Shown here in pieces: positions 47,901 to 57,226 of a stretch of 64,000 nucleotides of DNA (within the stretch, counting starts at the first letter, position 1; every line of letters begins with the position of its first letter). Origin of the DNA: Bacteroidota bacterium (GTDB taxonomy: Bacteria > Bacteroidota > Bacteroidia > Bacteroidales > JABHKC01); contig JABHKC010000028.1 of assembly GCA_018692315.1 (NCBI GenBank), positions 70,630 to 134,629 of the forward strand. The letters run 5' to 3'. The position numbers were made by a program, and so were the translations under genes. The notes under the pieces are model-generated. The model was not told the origin of the DNA and made no database searches. It worked only from the letters and a program-made list of their open reading frames with translations.

Positions 47901-49427
47901 TTAAATTTTTTCTAATAATTTCTTAAGTTTTTTCTTATCATTTTTTCCATTCGCGGTTATTGGAATCTTATCTATATTATGTATTTCTGAAGGAAGCATA
48001 TATGATGGCATTTTCTTTGCAAGATTTTCAGATAAGGTTGAAATATCATTTTTGTAATCCTCAATAAAAAGATGGATTGATAAGTTATCCATTTCATTGG
48101 TTTTTGTAATCACAGCTATTTTTTGAAGATTGCTAATATTTTTTACTCTTGATTCTACCTCTCCGAGTTCTACTCTATAACCATCAATTTTTACTTGTTC
48201 GTCAACTCTCCCTACAAAAACTAAATTTTTATTTTCATTAACAAAGCCTATATCACCAGATTTATATCCATTAATTAATTTATCGTCATATTCAATTTGT
48301 ATGAATGATTCCATAGTTTTTTTATCATCTTTCCAATAATGATTTGTAACTAATTCTCCACATAAAAGCATTTCGCCTTTTTCACCGTCTGGTAAAACAT
48401 TGTTTTCTTCATCAATTATTAAAACAAATGAGTTGTCTAAAGATTTACCAATTGGCATTAATCCATTATATATTTCCTTTTTTGTTTCGCTTGGATGCCA
48501 TTTATAGCTTGTGCAAAAGATAGTAGATTCGGTAGGTCCGTAAACATTTTCAATTGCCCCATTTGGCATGCACTTAGACCATTCCGACATCAATTCGTCC
48601 GATAGAGCTTCACCTCCCGACAAGAAGTACTTTAAATGAGGTAAATCCAATTCAGAAAAATATGGTTTGAGATATGTTACTAATGAAGGGACAACATTTG
48701 CAAATGTGATCTTTTTTTCTTCCATAAGATTGTAAATGTTGAAATAATATACTCCTTCGAGAGGAACAACATAAAATGAAGCTCCAATTGAAAGGGCTGT
48801 AACTATACTTATCAAGAAAGCGTCAAATGTTAATTCAAACATTTCCAAAAATCTATCATCCTCGTTTAGTTGATAATTCTTTTTATCAGTCATAAACGAA
48901 AGGAAGGAATTCAGATTTTTGTTATAAATTGGAACTCCTTTTGGTTTTCCGGTACTTCCTGATGTAAAAATCATGTAAGCCAAACTGTTTTCTTCAATTG
49001 CAGGAATTGCATCAATAATTTTTGCATCATTTATTAAAGAAGTTTCGATTGACTTAACTTTTTTATTGCTTGCTTCAATTTCAACATTTTTTTTGTTCGA
49101 CTTACTTACAAGAATTGTATCTATTTCAGAATCGGAAACTATTTCTGCAAGTCGCTCAACAGGATCTTCTCCATTCAAGGGAACAAAAGCTATACCAAGT
49201 GAAAAAATTGCCAACAATGAGGCATAGGTATATATGTTTCGCTCAGTTAATATTCCTATCAGTTTCTTGTTGTTTTGGGTCATTATTAGTTCTGATCGAA
49301 TATTGCTTACTATTATTAACAGTTCATTGTAAGTATATTCCCTGTCATCAACAAAAACTGCTGTTCTATCCGGGAATATTTTGCAATTTTTCAGGAAATA
49401 ATGGATAGTTGATTTTTCTGTTTTCAT
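47901..49427 (-). CDS. Stand-alone adenylation enzyme, DltA-like (carrier-protein ligase)
   Basis: 508 aa with NRPS A-domain core motifs: FTSGSTGKPKG, YGPTEST, YKSGD, GRVDEQVKIDGYRVELGEVE and PITANGKNDKKKL. No C or T domain is attached. Confidence 0.85.
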   Translation of the reverse strand: MKTEKSTIHYFLKNCKIFPDRTAVFVDDREYTYNELLIIVSNIRSELIMTQNNKKLIGILTERNIYTYASLLAIFSLGIAFVPLNGEDPVERLAEIVSDSEIDTILVSKSNKKNVEIEASNKKVKSIETSLINDAKIIDAIPAIEENSLAYMIFTSGSTGKPKGVPIYNKNLNSFLSFMTDKKNYQLNEDDRFLEMFELTFDAFLISIVTALSIGASFYVVPLEGVYYFNIYNLMEEKKITFANVVPSLVTYLKPYFSELDLPHLKYFLSGGEALSDELMSEWSKCMPNGAIENVYGPTESTIFCTSYKWHPSETKKEIYNGLMPIGKSLDNSFVLIIDEENNVLPDGEKGEMLLCGELVTNHYWKDDKKTMESFIQIEYDDKLINGYKSGDIGFVNENKNLVFVGRVDEQVKIDGYRVELGEVESRVKNISNLQKIAVITKTNEMDNLSIHLFIEDYKNDISTLSENLAKKMPSYMLPSEIHNIDKIPITANGKNDKKKLKKLLEKI

Positions 49428-49498
49428 ATAAATATTTCAATAATAAAAATTGACACAAATTGTAATAGTATTATTTCATTCGTAATGTATCTTCTGTA

Positions 49499-50326
49499 TT
49501 AATCTAAAAATTCTTTGTATTTTGTTTTCCCTAAAACTTCTATGAGCTCTTCAGCATTTTCGATAAAATCTTCAAACCGATTTGGTGCAATTTTCATATG
49601 ATCTGTATGAATTTCTGAAGTAGGTATTTCTAAATATTCGGTAATTTTATCAACTGTTGCTTGTTGAGATTCCTGATTCATCAGATCTTCTTCATAAGTA
49701 AAACTTATATGGGGAAGATTTCTTAGTATATTTACTTCAGACATTCCTTTCTTTTCGGTTGACTTTAGCTTATTTAATAGTCTGTCTATATCAATAGTCA
49801 TTTTATCCTTAGCAATATTTTCATTACCTGAAAACATGTGGAACGTTCCAAGATGCCTTGCATACATTCCGGAGAGCACTTGTCTTAAAATATTTTGTCT
49901 TTTCAGATGAATAAGTTTGAATCCTTCTTTTAATAAACGCGAAATAAACTTGGCTGGCTTGTCTATTTCTTGTACATCAATTAAATGATAAAGAAGCAAT
50001 TTAAATCCATAAACTTCTTTAGTAGAAAAAGCCTGACGACATTTTGTAAAGAGAAATGGATTTTGTACCTTATGTATCAAAGCTTCGCCTTCGCAATGTA
50101 TTTTTGGATTTGCATTTAGAAGGCTTACAAGAAGAGTGCTGCCACTACGACCTAAGCCAAAAATGATGAATTTCGTTTTTGGTAATTTAGAAATATTCTG
50201 AACATATTTAACAAAAGTCTTCAGCTCTCTTTCAATAGATATATTCTTATCTTCATTTTTATTTTGGTTTACCTCCTCATTAGTATTAATATCTTCTTTT
50301 TTTGTTTGTATATCTTCTGTTTTCAT
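49499..50326 (-). CDS. Sulfotransferase (Stf0/NodH-like), paralogue S1
   Basis: PAPS 5'-phosphosulfate loop GLGRSGSTLL and the second motif KLIHLKRQNILRQVLS. About two-thirds identical by eye to ORF 56355-57182. Confidence 0.7.
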   Translation of the reverse strand: MKTEDIQTKKEDINTNEEVNQNKNEDKNISIERELKTFVKYVQNISKLPKTKFIIFGLGRSGSTLLVSLLNANPKIHCEGEALIHKVQNPFLFTKCRQAFSTKEVYGFKLLLYHLIDVQEIDKPAKFISRLLKEGFKLIHLKRQNILRQVLSGMYARHLGTFHMFSGNENIAKDKMTIDIDRLLNKLKSTEKKGMSEVNILRNLPHISFTYEEDLMNQESQQATVDKITEYLEIPTSEIHTDHMKIAPNRFEDFIENAEELIEVLGKTKYKEFLD

Positions 50327-50365
50327 CGTCTTCTATTGCTTAATAAAATAATTCAAAATCATAGT

Positions 50366-53113
50366 TTATTTTATTATAATAATTTTATTGATTGTGTATA
50401 TTTCTTTATTAAAAACTTTCACCAAATAAACATTTGCCGGAAAATCAGAAATATCTAATGTCAGTTTCTGTTCATTATCAAGCGTAATACTTCTATTGAA
50501 TAAAATATTACCCATAAGATTTGTGATAACAATATTGTATTTTGTATCAGCTACACTATTCCATAAAATCTCAAGTTTCCCGGATGTTGGATTTGGGAAC
50601 AATTTGATTCTTATGTCTTCTTTATTTTCAAATGAATAAGATTTATTATTACTGTTTAAAATACATCGGATTGATAATCCGTCTTTTTTTACCAACTCAT
50701 CTCTATTAATTTGGTAGTACCCATTATGAATTTGACGATGCCATACTTTTTGTGTACTAATTTCACTTGAAGTCCAGAAAAATGATTTATTATTCATCTT
50801 CTTAAAACTACCTGTTTTATCTCTATAACCTGCAAAAAGGGAATTGAAACCCGATGATCCTCCATTTTGCATTTTCACAGCAGCATCAATGCCTCTCCAG
50901 CCAATTAAATTTGGATCATTAATATTTGTATCAACAAAGTTTTCAAGATTATAAAACTCAAGATCTGTAGGTATATGCCATCCATTGGGACAAATTCCTC
51001 TAAATCCCTCCATTGTATTATATTTCATAAGTTCATCCCAATCATATAAACCACCGTAATCACTACAATAGCCAGTATCATTATTGTAACAATACTTTTC
51101 GAAAATATTGTTGTTTGAAAGGTCAGAATGTATCAATCCGGGCGTATTGGTACTTGGAATAAAAATTCCAATATTTAGGTTTTCAACCATCCAACATTGT
51201 GAACCTATTTGGATTGTGGAATATTTTCTTCCATCACGGTAATCTGTTAAAGTATCGCCACAACTTGAAAATGAAGATAATAGACTAATTGTAATAAAAT
51301 CTTCAGAACTGCCACATGTGTTACTAATAGTCCATTTTAATATATAAGTGTTGCCTTGTATTCCTTTAAACAGAGTTGTTGGTAATGTGTCATTTTGCAA
51401 ATGTCCTCCAACACCATCTTCAATTGACCACATTCCTAAACCTACAAATGGAGTATTGGCATTTAAGCTGGCAAATTTCCCTTGAATGATTTGATCAGCA
51501 CCGGCATTTGAGTAAGTAGGTTGGGGCGAACATGGATTTTTTATACAGCGTACTGATTTTGCATTCAGTTTATCACTACTTAATTTATAAATTCTTTCAG
51601 TATTGCTGCTTAAACCAATCCTCCATGCATTACCAATTGTATTTTCAGAAGAGGACCAGAGCAATTCAATATCATGTTCATATTTTGATGATCCATCTAT
51701 AGCTATATATCCTGTACCCAATGCAGAAAATCTGCTTGCATTTGTAGCAATATTATTTGGGATTGCCCAAAATTCTGTTGATGTATCCATTAGGGGACCG
51801 GATGCAACTTCATTTCCTCCATAATAATCTATCAGAGTATAATATTCAGATATTGTTGGTATATGCCAGCCTGAGGGACATATACCTTGACTCCCAGAAG
51901 TGGAAGAATATTGCATCATCTCATCCCACTGGTATAGTCCTCCATAAATATTGCATTTTGAATCTTTGTTTTTTAAGCAATATTTTTCAATTACATTATT
52001 GTCTAACTGCTGGGTAAAATTTGCCGTATCAATTATTATCTTGTTCCCAATATTTAGGTTTTCTTTCATCCAGCATTGCTCGCCAATTTTGACTGTTGGA
52101 TATTTTTGCCCATCTCTAATGTCAATTAATGTGTCTCCACAGGCTATATCTTGAGAAAATGGACTTAGAAATCGAATAATTAGAGTATCATTTGATGTGT
52201 TACAATTAGTTGAAATACTCCACACCAATTTATATGTTTGTCCAGGTATCCCAAAAAATGTAGAAGTATTTGAATATATATTTGAAAAATTACCATTTAA
52301 TCCGCTTGATAAACTCCACACTCCACTCCCAAAAATAGGAACATTTGATTGCAGATACACAAATGTATCGGTAACAAATAGTTGGTCATGTCCTGCATGA
52401 GATATTGAAGGCATTGGCAAACAAGAACTGCTTGAGGAATCTTTTAAACATCTTATTGAGTAAGCATGGTGTTTCATTTTTGTTTCTCTTCCGGTTTGGT
52501 CTTCATTAAATATAAATCCTCTCCCAAGTGCATTAAATGAAGAAAATTGCGATGAGCTTAATAATCCACCTGTATAACCAACTCTTATAAATCCTTTTGA
52601 ATGAAAATAATGTGAACCGCCTAATAAAAAATTAAAGCCTGATATTCCTCCCATTTTAAGTTTTTTACCAGCATCAGTTCCTCTAAGTCCAAAGGAAAAT
52701 GGATCAGTTATTGTTGAATCAAAAAAAGTTTCTAAATCAAATATCTCACTATCACTTGGTATATGCCAACCATCCGGACAAATTCCCTGGCAAGATTCTA
52801 TGGTATCCCACAGCATCATTTCATTCCAATTGTACATTCCTCCATAAAGTTCGCAATTAATTGAATCATTTTCGAAGCAAAACTTTTCTATAATGTTATT
52901 ATTGGCAAGACTGCTGTCTCCATCTATCATTATACCAATATTGATGTTTTCAGCCATCCAGCATCTATCATCAATTTGTACGGTATTATATTGTCTTCCA
53001 TTGCGAACATCAATTAGGTCATCTCCACATACCCATGTTTGGGAAATAGAATTACTCGACCAAATATATAACAACCAAAGTATTAGGAGTTTATTAGGAG
53101 CTATTTTTTTCAT
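50366..53113 (-). CDS. Secreted protein with three FISUMP domains, two Ig-like spacers and a T9SS C-terminal sorting domain
   Basis: Signal peptide. Three copies of the C-G-D-.-L-.-D-.-R-(D/N)-G-.-.-Y-.-T-V-.-I-.-.-.-C-W-M-.-E-N-(I/L)-N pattern. Tail LFPNPTSGKLEI...ANVYLVKVFNKEIYTINKIIIIK fits a Por-secretion tail. Confidence 0.85.
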   Translation of the reverse strand: MKKIAPNKLLILWLLYIWSSNSISQTWVCGDDLIDVRNGRQYNTVQIDDRCWMAENINIGIMIDGDSSLANNNIIEKFCFENDSINCELYGGMYNWNEMMLWDTIESCQGICPDGWHIPSDSEIFDLETFFDSTITDPFSFGLRGTDAGKKLKMGGISGFNFLLGGSHYFHSKGFIRVGYTGGLLSSSQFSSFNALGRGFIFNEDQTGRETKMKHHAYSIRCLKDSSSSSCLPMPSISHAGHDQLFVTDTFVYLQSNVPIFGSGVWSLSSGLNGNFSNIYSNTSTFFGIPGQTYKLVWSISTNCNTSNDTLIIRFLSPFSQDIACGDTLIDIRDGQKYPTVKIGEQCWMKENLNIGNKIIIDTANFTQQLDNNVIEKYCLKNKDSKCNIYGGLYQWDEMMQYSSTSGSQGICPSGWHIPTISEYYTLIDYYGGNEVASGPLMDTSTEFWAIPNNIATNASRFSALGTGYIAIDGSSKYEHDIELLWSSSENTIGNAWRIGLSSNTERIYKLSSDKLNAKSVRCIKNPCSPQPTYSNAGADQIIQGKFASLNANTPFVGLGMWSIEDGVGGHLQNDTLPTTLFKGIQGNTYILKWTISNTCGSSEDFITISLLSSFSSCGDTLTDYRDGRKYSTIQIGSQCWMVENLNIGIFIPSTNTPGLIHSDLSNNNIFEKYCYNNDTGYCSDYGGLYDWDELMKYNTMEGFRGICPNGWHIPTDLEFYNLENFVDTNINDPNLIGWRGIDAAVKMQNGGSSGFNSLFAGYRDKTGSFKKMNNKSFFWTSSEISTQKVWHRQIHNGYYQINRDELVKKDGLSIRCILNSNNKSYSFENKEDIRIKLFPNPTSGKLEILWNSVADTKYNIVITNLMGNILFNRSITLDNEQKLTLDISDFPANVYLVKVFNKEIYTINKIIIIK

Positions 53114-53200
53114 AATTTCTTATATTAGTAAACAGCTTTTAGTTTGATTTCCTTAAATATAGTTTCCAAAGATTTACCATTATAGAAAACTCAATCTATT

Positions 53201-54145
53201 TTATTTCTTCTTTTTATTGTTCTTATTGTTCTTATTGTTCTTATTCTTTTTATTGTTCTTATTCTTGCCGAAGTTTTTGTCAGTTGCTTCATAAACAAAA
53301 TTAGGTAAAATACTTGATATTATGTAGTTTTTATTCTCATTTAAATAGTTCTTTTTTATGTGTTTACCATCTGTTTTGAAATTCTTATTGTCGAGGTATA
53401 GTAAGTTGTCAAAATAATCTATGAAAATATATTCTAATCCATGTTCTTCAATTTCTGAACGAAAATCCCACCAGTCATCTTCAATTTCACGACTAAATTT
53501 TTTCTTATTTAATGGTGATGAAACTACAATAAATTCTATATCATTATCGTAGGCGAGTTGGTAAATTTTTTCAAGATATTCTATTGCAATATCGGAGAAA
53601 AAAGTTTTTTCGGGAAGTTTTGGGAGAGTACTGTAATCTACATCAGAGAAACAACTAACTACTTTTACAGCAGGCAAAATTGCAAAATACGACCACCATT
53701 TTTGTCTCATTTTAGAATGAACAAGTTCCGAAAAGTGCTCTTTATTTTCGTATGTAAAAAATGGTTTTATCAGGTTGTTGTATGTTTTTTCTCTTTCGAA
53801 CGCCTGACCAATAACTTCCGGAGCTGCACATAAAACAATATATTCTAGATTAGGATAGTTTTGAATAGCATTATAGGCTAATATGTAGTTGCCAACCATT
53901 AGAGTAGCGCCAGAAGTTGTTAATGTATTAGACATTTTTCCAAACAATTGGTTTGCGACACTTTCGCCTAAAAATACTACTTTTTCAGGTCCATATGTTT
54001 TGCTCGTTTTTATTCTGGTAAAAGCTGTATGATTGCTTAGGTTTTTATAAAAAAATGATGATAAATATGCAGGGGCTATAACGAAGTTGAATAAGCCAAA
54101 CCAAAGCAAAATAAATATAATTGACTTTATAATAATTTTTTTCAT
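53201..54145 (-). CDS. Membrane-anchored DltD-like SGNH-fold protein (third copy) with Lys/Asn-rich tail
   Basis: N-terminal TM anchor, VVFLGESVANQ Ser block and KTDGKHI Asp-x-x-His block. Lies immediately downstream of MBOAT copy 2. The tail is KNKNNKKNKNNKNNKNNKKKK. Confidence 0.45.
   Translation of the reverse strand: MKKIIIKSIIFILLWFGLFNFVIAPAYLSSFFYKNLSNHTAFTRIKTSKTYGPEKVVFLGESVANQLFGKMSNTLTTSGATLMVGNYILAYNAIQNYPNLEYIVLCAAPEVIGQAFEREKTYNNLIKPFFTYENKEHFSELVHSKMRQKWWSYFAILPAVKVVSCFSDVDYSTLPKLPEKTFFSDIAIEYLEKIYQLAYDNDIEFIVVSSPLNKKKFSREIEDDWWDFRSEIEEHGLEYIFIDYFDNLLYLDNKNFKTDGKHIKKNYLNENKNYIISSILPNFVYEATDKNFGKNKNNKKNKNNKNNKNNKKKK
53212..53265. repeat. 9-bp tandem repeat (TTCTTATTG-like, 6 units) encoding the (NKN)n tail
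   Basis: Units occupy 53212-20, 53221-29, 53230-38, 53239-47, 53248-56 and 53257-65, with 0-2 substitutions each. In frame with ORF 53201-54145. Confidence 0.8.
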
Positions 54146-54165
54146 TTTTTGTAATCCATTCGTTC

Positions 54166-55659
54166 TTAAAACTGAAAGTAGATAAACTCTTGAATGTTAA
54201 ATTCTCCATACATTAGAATAAATGTAAAGATAAAAGCATAAACAGTCCATCTAGCAATTAATGGAGCTTTTTCTAATACTTCCCAAAAATATCCATCACG
54301 TCCAAATTTTTCGAATTGGAACATAGTAAAAATTGCAAACATCAATATAACAAAATCAAATGGTTGCAAATCTAATTCCTTAAGCACTTCAGCACCAGGC
54401 GACAGACTGAATTCAAAAAGTAATTTTTTGGTAAAGTTGCTAATAAATTCGAGTAATCCATTGTCAAGACTTCCAGCTATATGGAAACCATCTATAATAT
54501 TATCTGCCCTGAAAAATATGCTTGTGAAACAGAAAAATGAGAATGTCAATAATATACTTAGTTTGTTATATATCATCGCAGGAATGGCTCTGGCAAGTTT
54601 AGCTCTAAAGTTTTTAGTAAACATTTCGTAGTAGAATGCTAATCCTTGTAGAACTCCAAAAAACACAAATGCCCATTTTGCACCATGCCATAAACCTAAT
54701 AATGAAAATGTAACAAAAATTGCCCATACGATACCTTTCATTCCCCAATTTTTCCTTTTGAAAGCAATAGGTTCATAAATGTAATCTCTTGCCCAGGTCG
54801 AAAGTGAAATATGCCATCGCCGCCAAAACTCGGATATGTTTTTCGAAATAAAAGGACGCTTAAAATTGATCATTAGGTCAAAACCCATGATTTTAGCTGC
54901 TCCAATTGCAATATCGGTATATCCGGAAAAATCGCAATAAATTTGGATAGCAAATAGTACAGTAGTAATTATTAAGGCAACACCGCCATATTGTTCAGGT
55001 GTTCCATAAACCTGATCTACGATTACAGAAATTCTATCAGCAATTACTAACTTCTTAAAATATCCCCAAAGCATTATAATTAAACCGGTTTTCACTCTAT
55101 TGTAATCAAATTTATGTTTTACAAAAAACTGGGGCAATAGCCTGCCACCTCTTTCGATAGGACCGGCTACAAGTTGTGGGAAAAATGAAACATAAAGAGC
55201 AAATATTCCAAGGTGCTTTTGTGGTTTTACTCTTTCGTAATACACATCGAGTGTGTAACCAATAATTTGGAAAGTATAAAAGGATATTCCAAGCGGCAGC
55301 ATCAATCTCATCAACGGGATCTGATAGCCAATCTGTACTTTTTCTAAAGTAAAATTTGCTGTATCTATTGCAAAATTGAAATATTTGAAGACGAACAAAA
55401 TCCCCAAATTTGTTATTAAATTTAATAACAAGAACTTTTTTCGTAATTTATCATCATCGGTATTTCCCATCCAAATTGCAGTATAGTAACTTACTAATGT
55501 TGAAGTGGCTATAAGAAAGAAATATTTTATTTCGAAAGAGAGATAAAAAAAATAGGATGCAGCAAGTAGCAACATCCATCTATATTTCTGTGGTAGTGCA
55601 AAAAAGAAAACAACTACAATGGGAAAAAATATTATAAAACTTAATGAGTTAAAAAGCAT
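54166..55659 (-). CDS. MBOAT-family membrane O-acyltransferase (DltB/AlgI-like), copy 2
   Basis: 497 aa with RWHISLSTWARDYIY and GLWHGAKW. About half identical to copy 1. It ends in the same EFIYFQF and lacks the IPLGG of copy 1 (EPIAFKR instead). Confidence 0.9.
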   Translation of the reverse strand: MLFNSLSFIIFFPIVVVFFFALPQKYRWMLLLAASYFFYLSFEIKYFFLIATSTLVSYYTAIWMGNTDDDKLRKKFLLLNLITNLGILFVFKYFNFAIDTANFTLEKVQIGYQIPLMRLMLPLGISFYTFQIIGYTLDVYYERVKPQKHLGIFALYVSFFPQLVAGPIERGGRLLPQFFVKHKFDYNRVKTGLIIMLWGYFKKLVIADRISVIVDQVYGTPEQYGGVALIITTVLFAIQIYCDFSGYTDIAIGAAKIMGFDLMINFKRPFISKNISEFWRRWHISLSTWARDYIYEPIAFKRKNWGMKGIVWAIFVTFSLLGLWHGAKWAFVFFGVLQGLAFYYEMFTKNFRAKLARAIPAMIYNKLSILLTFSFFCFTSIFFRADNIIDGFHIAGSLDNGLLEFISNFTKKLLFEFSLSPGAEVLKELDLQPFDFVILMFAIFTMFQFEKFGRDGYFWEVLEKAPLIARWTVYAFIFTFILMYGEFNIQEFIYFQF

Positions 55660-55785
55660 TTTAGCTAAATTGGATATTTATAATTCTTAAGCTGAGGTAA
55701 ATAGAACTTATTTTATTATTACAAAAACAGTATTAATAAATAAATTATTTTCATGAAATGAACCATTAAAAAAGTGATCAAGACA

Positions 55786-56037
55786 TTAATTTTCTGAATG
55801 CTTTATTGTCAAATCAATAAGATCGCCAACATGTTGCATTTTAGAAATATCCTTGAACTTTAGTTTTATATTAAATTCTTTTTCAACGTCTGCCAGCATT
55901 AGTGTATTAGATAATGAATCCCATTTTTTTACATCATTTGCATTGAGCGAATCTGTAACAATTATGCTATCATCTTTAAACACCTTATGAAAAATTGGTG
56001 TTAGCCTTTCTATTACTTGTTCTCTTGTCATTCTCAT
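55786..56037 (-). CDS. Acyl/aminoacyl carrier protein (DltC-like)
   Basis: 83 aa with the phosphopantetheine attachment context KKWDSLSNTLML (DSL). Sits directly upstream of MBOAT copy 2. Confidence 0.8.
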   Translation of the reverse strand: MRMTREQVIERLTPIFHKVFKDDSIIVTDSLNANDVKKWDSLSNTLMLADVEKEFNIKLKFKDISKMQHVGDLIDLTIKHSEN

Positions 56038-56254
56038 TAGTTTTAATTAATATTATTCTTGTATTATTTTATTCTGGTAGTTTATTTATATAATACTTTG
56101 GCACTGTATATAATATCTATGTTTTATCTTTCTCATTTCTTTCATATATTTTTGAACTTATAATTTGCAAAAAGAGGAATTTGAGTCATATTATTTTTTC
56201 TATTCCTTGCATTAAATAATTCCATTTTTTCTACTATATTAAACAATCTTTTAA

Positions 56255-56285
56255 CAAAAGTAATAATGTTTTTTTCTTTTGCAAA
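56255..56285 (-). promoter_or_regulatory. Bacteroidota-type promoter (internal, upstream of carrier protein/MBOAT-2)
   Basis: On the minus strand, TTTG (56285-56282), a 19-nt spacer, then TACTTTTG (56262-55), an exact TAnnTTTG. It is part of a roughly 47-nt block repeated at 62245-62292. Confidence 0.5.
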
Positions 56286-56354
56286 TTCTGAAAAAACCGC
56301 CTCGCTTTTAGTTCAGTTTTGTACACTTCTTAAATTTGTATTTGATAATTTATT

Positions 56355-57182
56355 TTAATAGTCTAAAAATTGTTTGTATTTAGAGTTTTCAATAGCTTCA
56401 ATCACTTCATCGGAATTTTCGATAAAATCCTCGTATTTGTTTGGAGCAACTTTTACATGATCTGTATGAATTTTTGAGTTGGGAATTTCTAAATAATTTG
56501 TAATTTTATCTACTGTGGCTTGTTGTACTTCCAGATTCATTAAGTCGTCTTCGTAAGTAAAACTTAGATGTGGTATGTGTTTTAGCACTTTTTCCTCGAA
56601 CACTCCTTTTTTTTCGGTTACTTTTATTTTCTTTAATAGTTTATCTACATTAACATGCATTTTGTCTTTGACAACATTTGCTCTATCTGTGTACATATGG
56701 AAAGTTCCAAGGTGTCGGGCATACAAGCCGGACAATGCTTGCCTCAAAACATTTTTCCTTTTCAAATGAATAAGTTTATATCCTTGCTGATGTAAGCGAG
56801 AAACAAACTTAATAGGTTTGTCAATTTCTTGTACCCCATTCAAATGATAAACCAAAAGTTTAAAACCGTAAACTTCTTTTTTTGTATAAGCCTGATGGCA
56901 TTTTGCATAAAGGAATGGATTAGTTACCCTTTGAGTTAATATTTCTCCTTCGCAATGAATTTTTGGGTGAGAATTTAGCAGATTTACTAAAAGTGTGCTT
57001 CCGCTACGCGAAATACCAAAAATCATAAATTTCTTTTCAGGAAGTTTTTCCAGATTCTGAATATATTTGACATATACCTTCATTTCCTGTTCGGGAAGCA
57101 TAGTCTCGTATTGTTCGTTTTTCCCCGTTTCTTTTTTATTAGAAATATCTTCTTTTAGCTTTGGTTTTTCTATTTCTTTCAT
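56355..57182 (-). CDS. Sulfotransferase (Stf0/NodH-like), paralogue S2
   Basis: GISRSGSTLL and KLIHLKRKNVLRQALS. Collinear with S1 over the full 275 aa. Confidence 0.7.
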   Translation of the reverse strand: MKEIEKPKLKEDISNKKETGKNEQYETMLPEQEMKVYVKYIQNLEKLPEKKFMIFGISRSGSTLLVNLLNSHPKIHCEGEILTQRVTNPFLYAKCHQAYTKKEVYGFKLLVYHLNGVQEIDKPIKFVSRLHQQGYKLIHLKRKNVLRQALSGLYARHLGTFHMYTDRANVVKDKMHVNVDKLLKKIKVTEKKGVFEEKVLKHIPHLSFTYEDDLMNLEVQQATVDKITNYLEIPNSKIHTDHVKVAPNKYEDFIENSDEVIEAIENSKYKQFLDY

Positions 57183-57226
57183 AACAATCTATTATTGTAA
57201 AATATGCAACAAAACAAAATTTAGTA

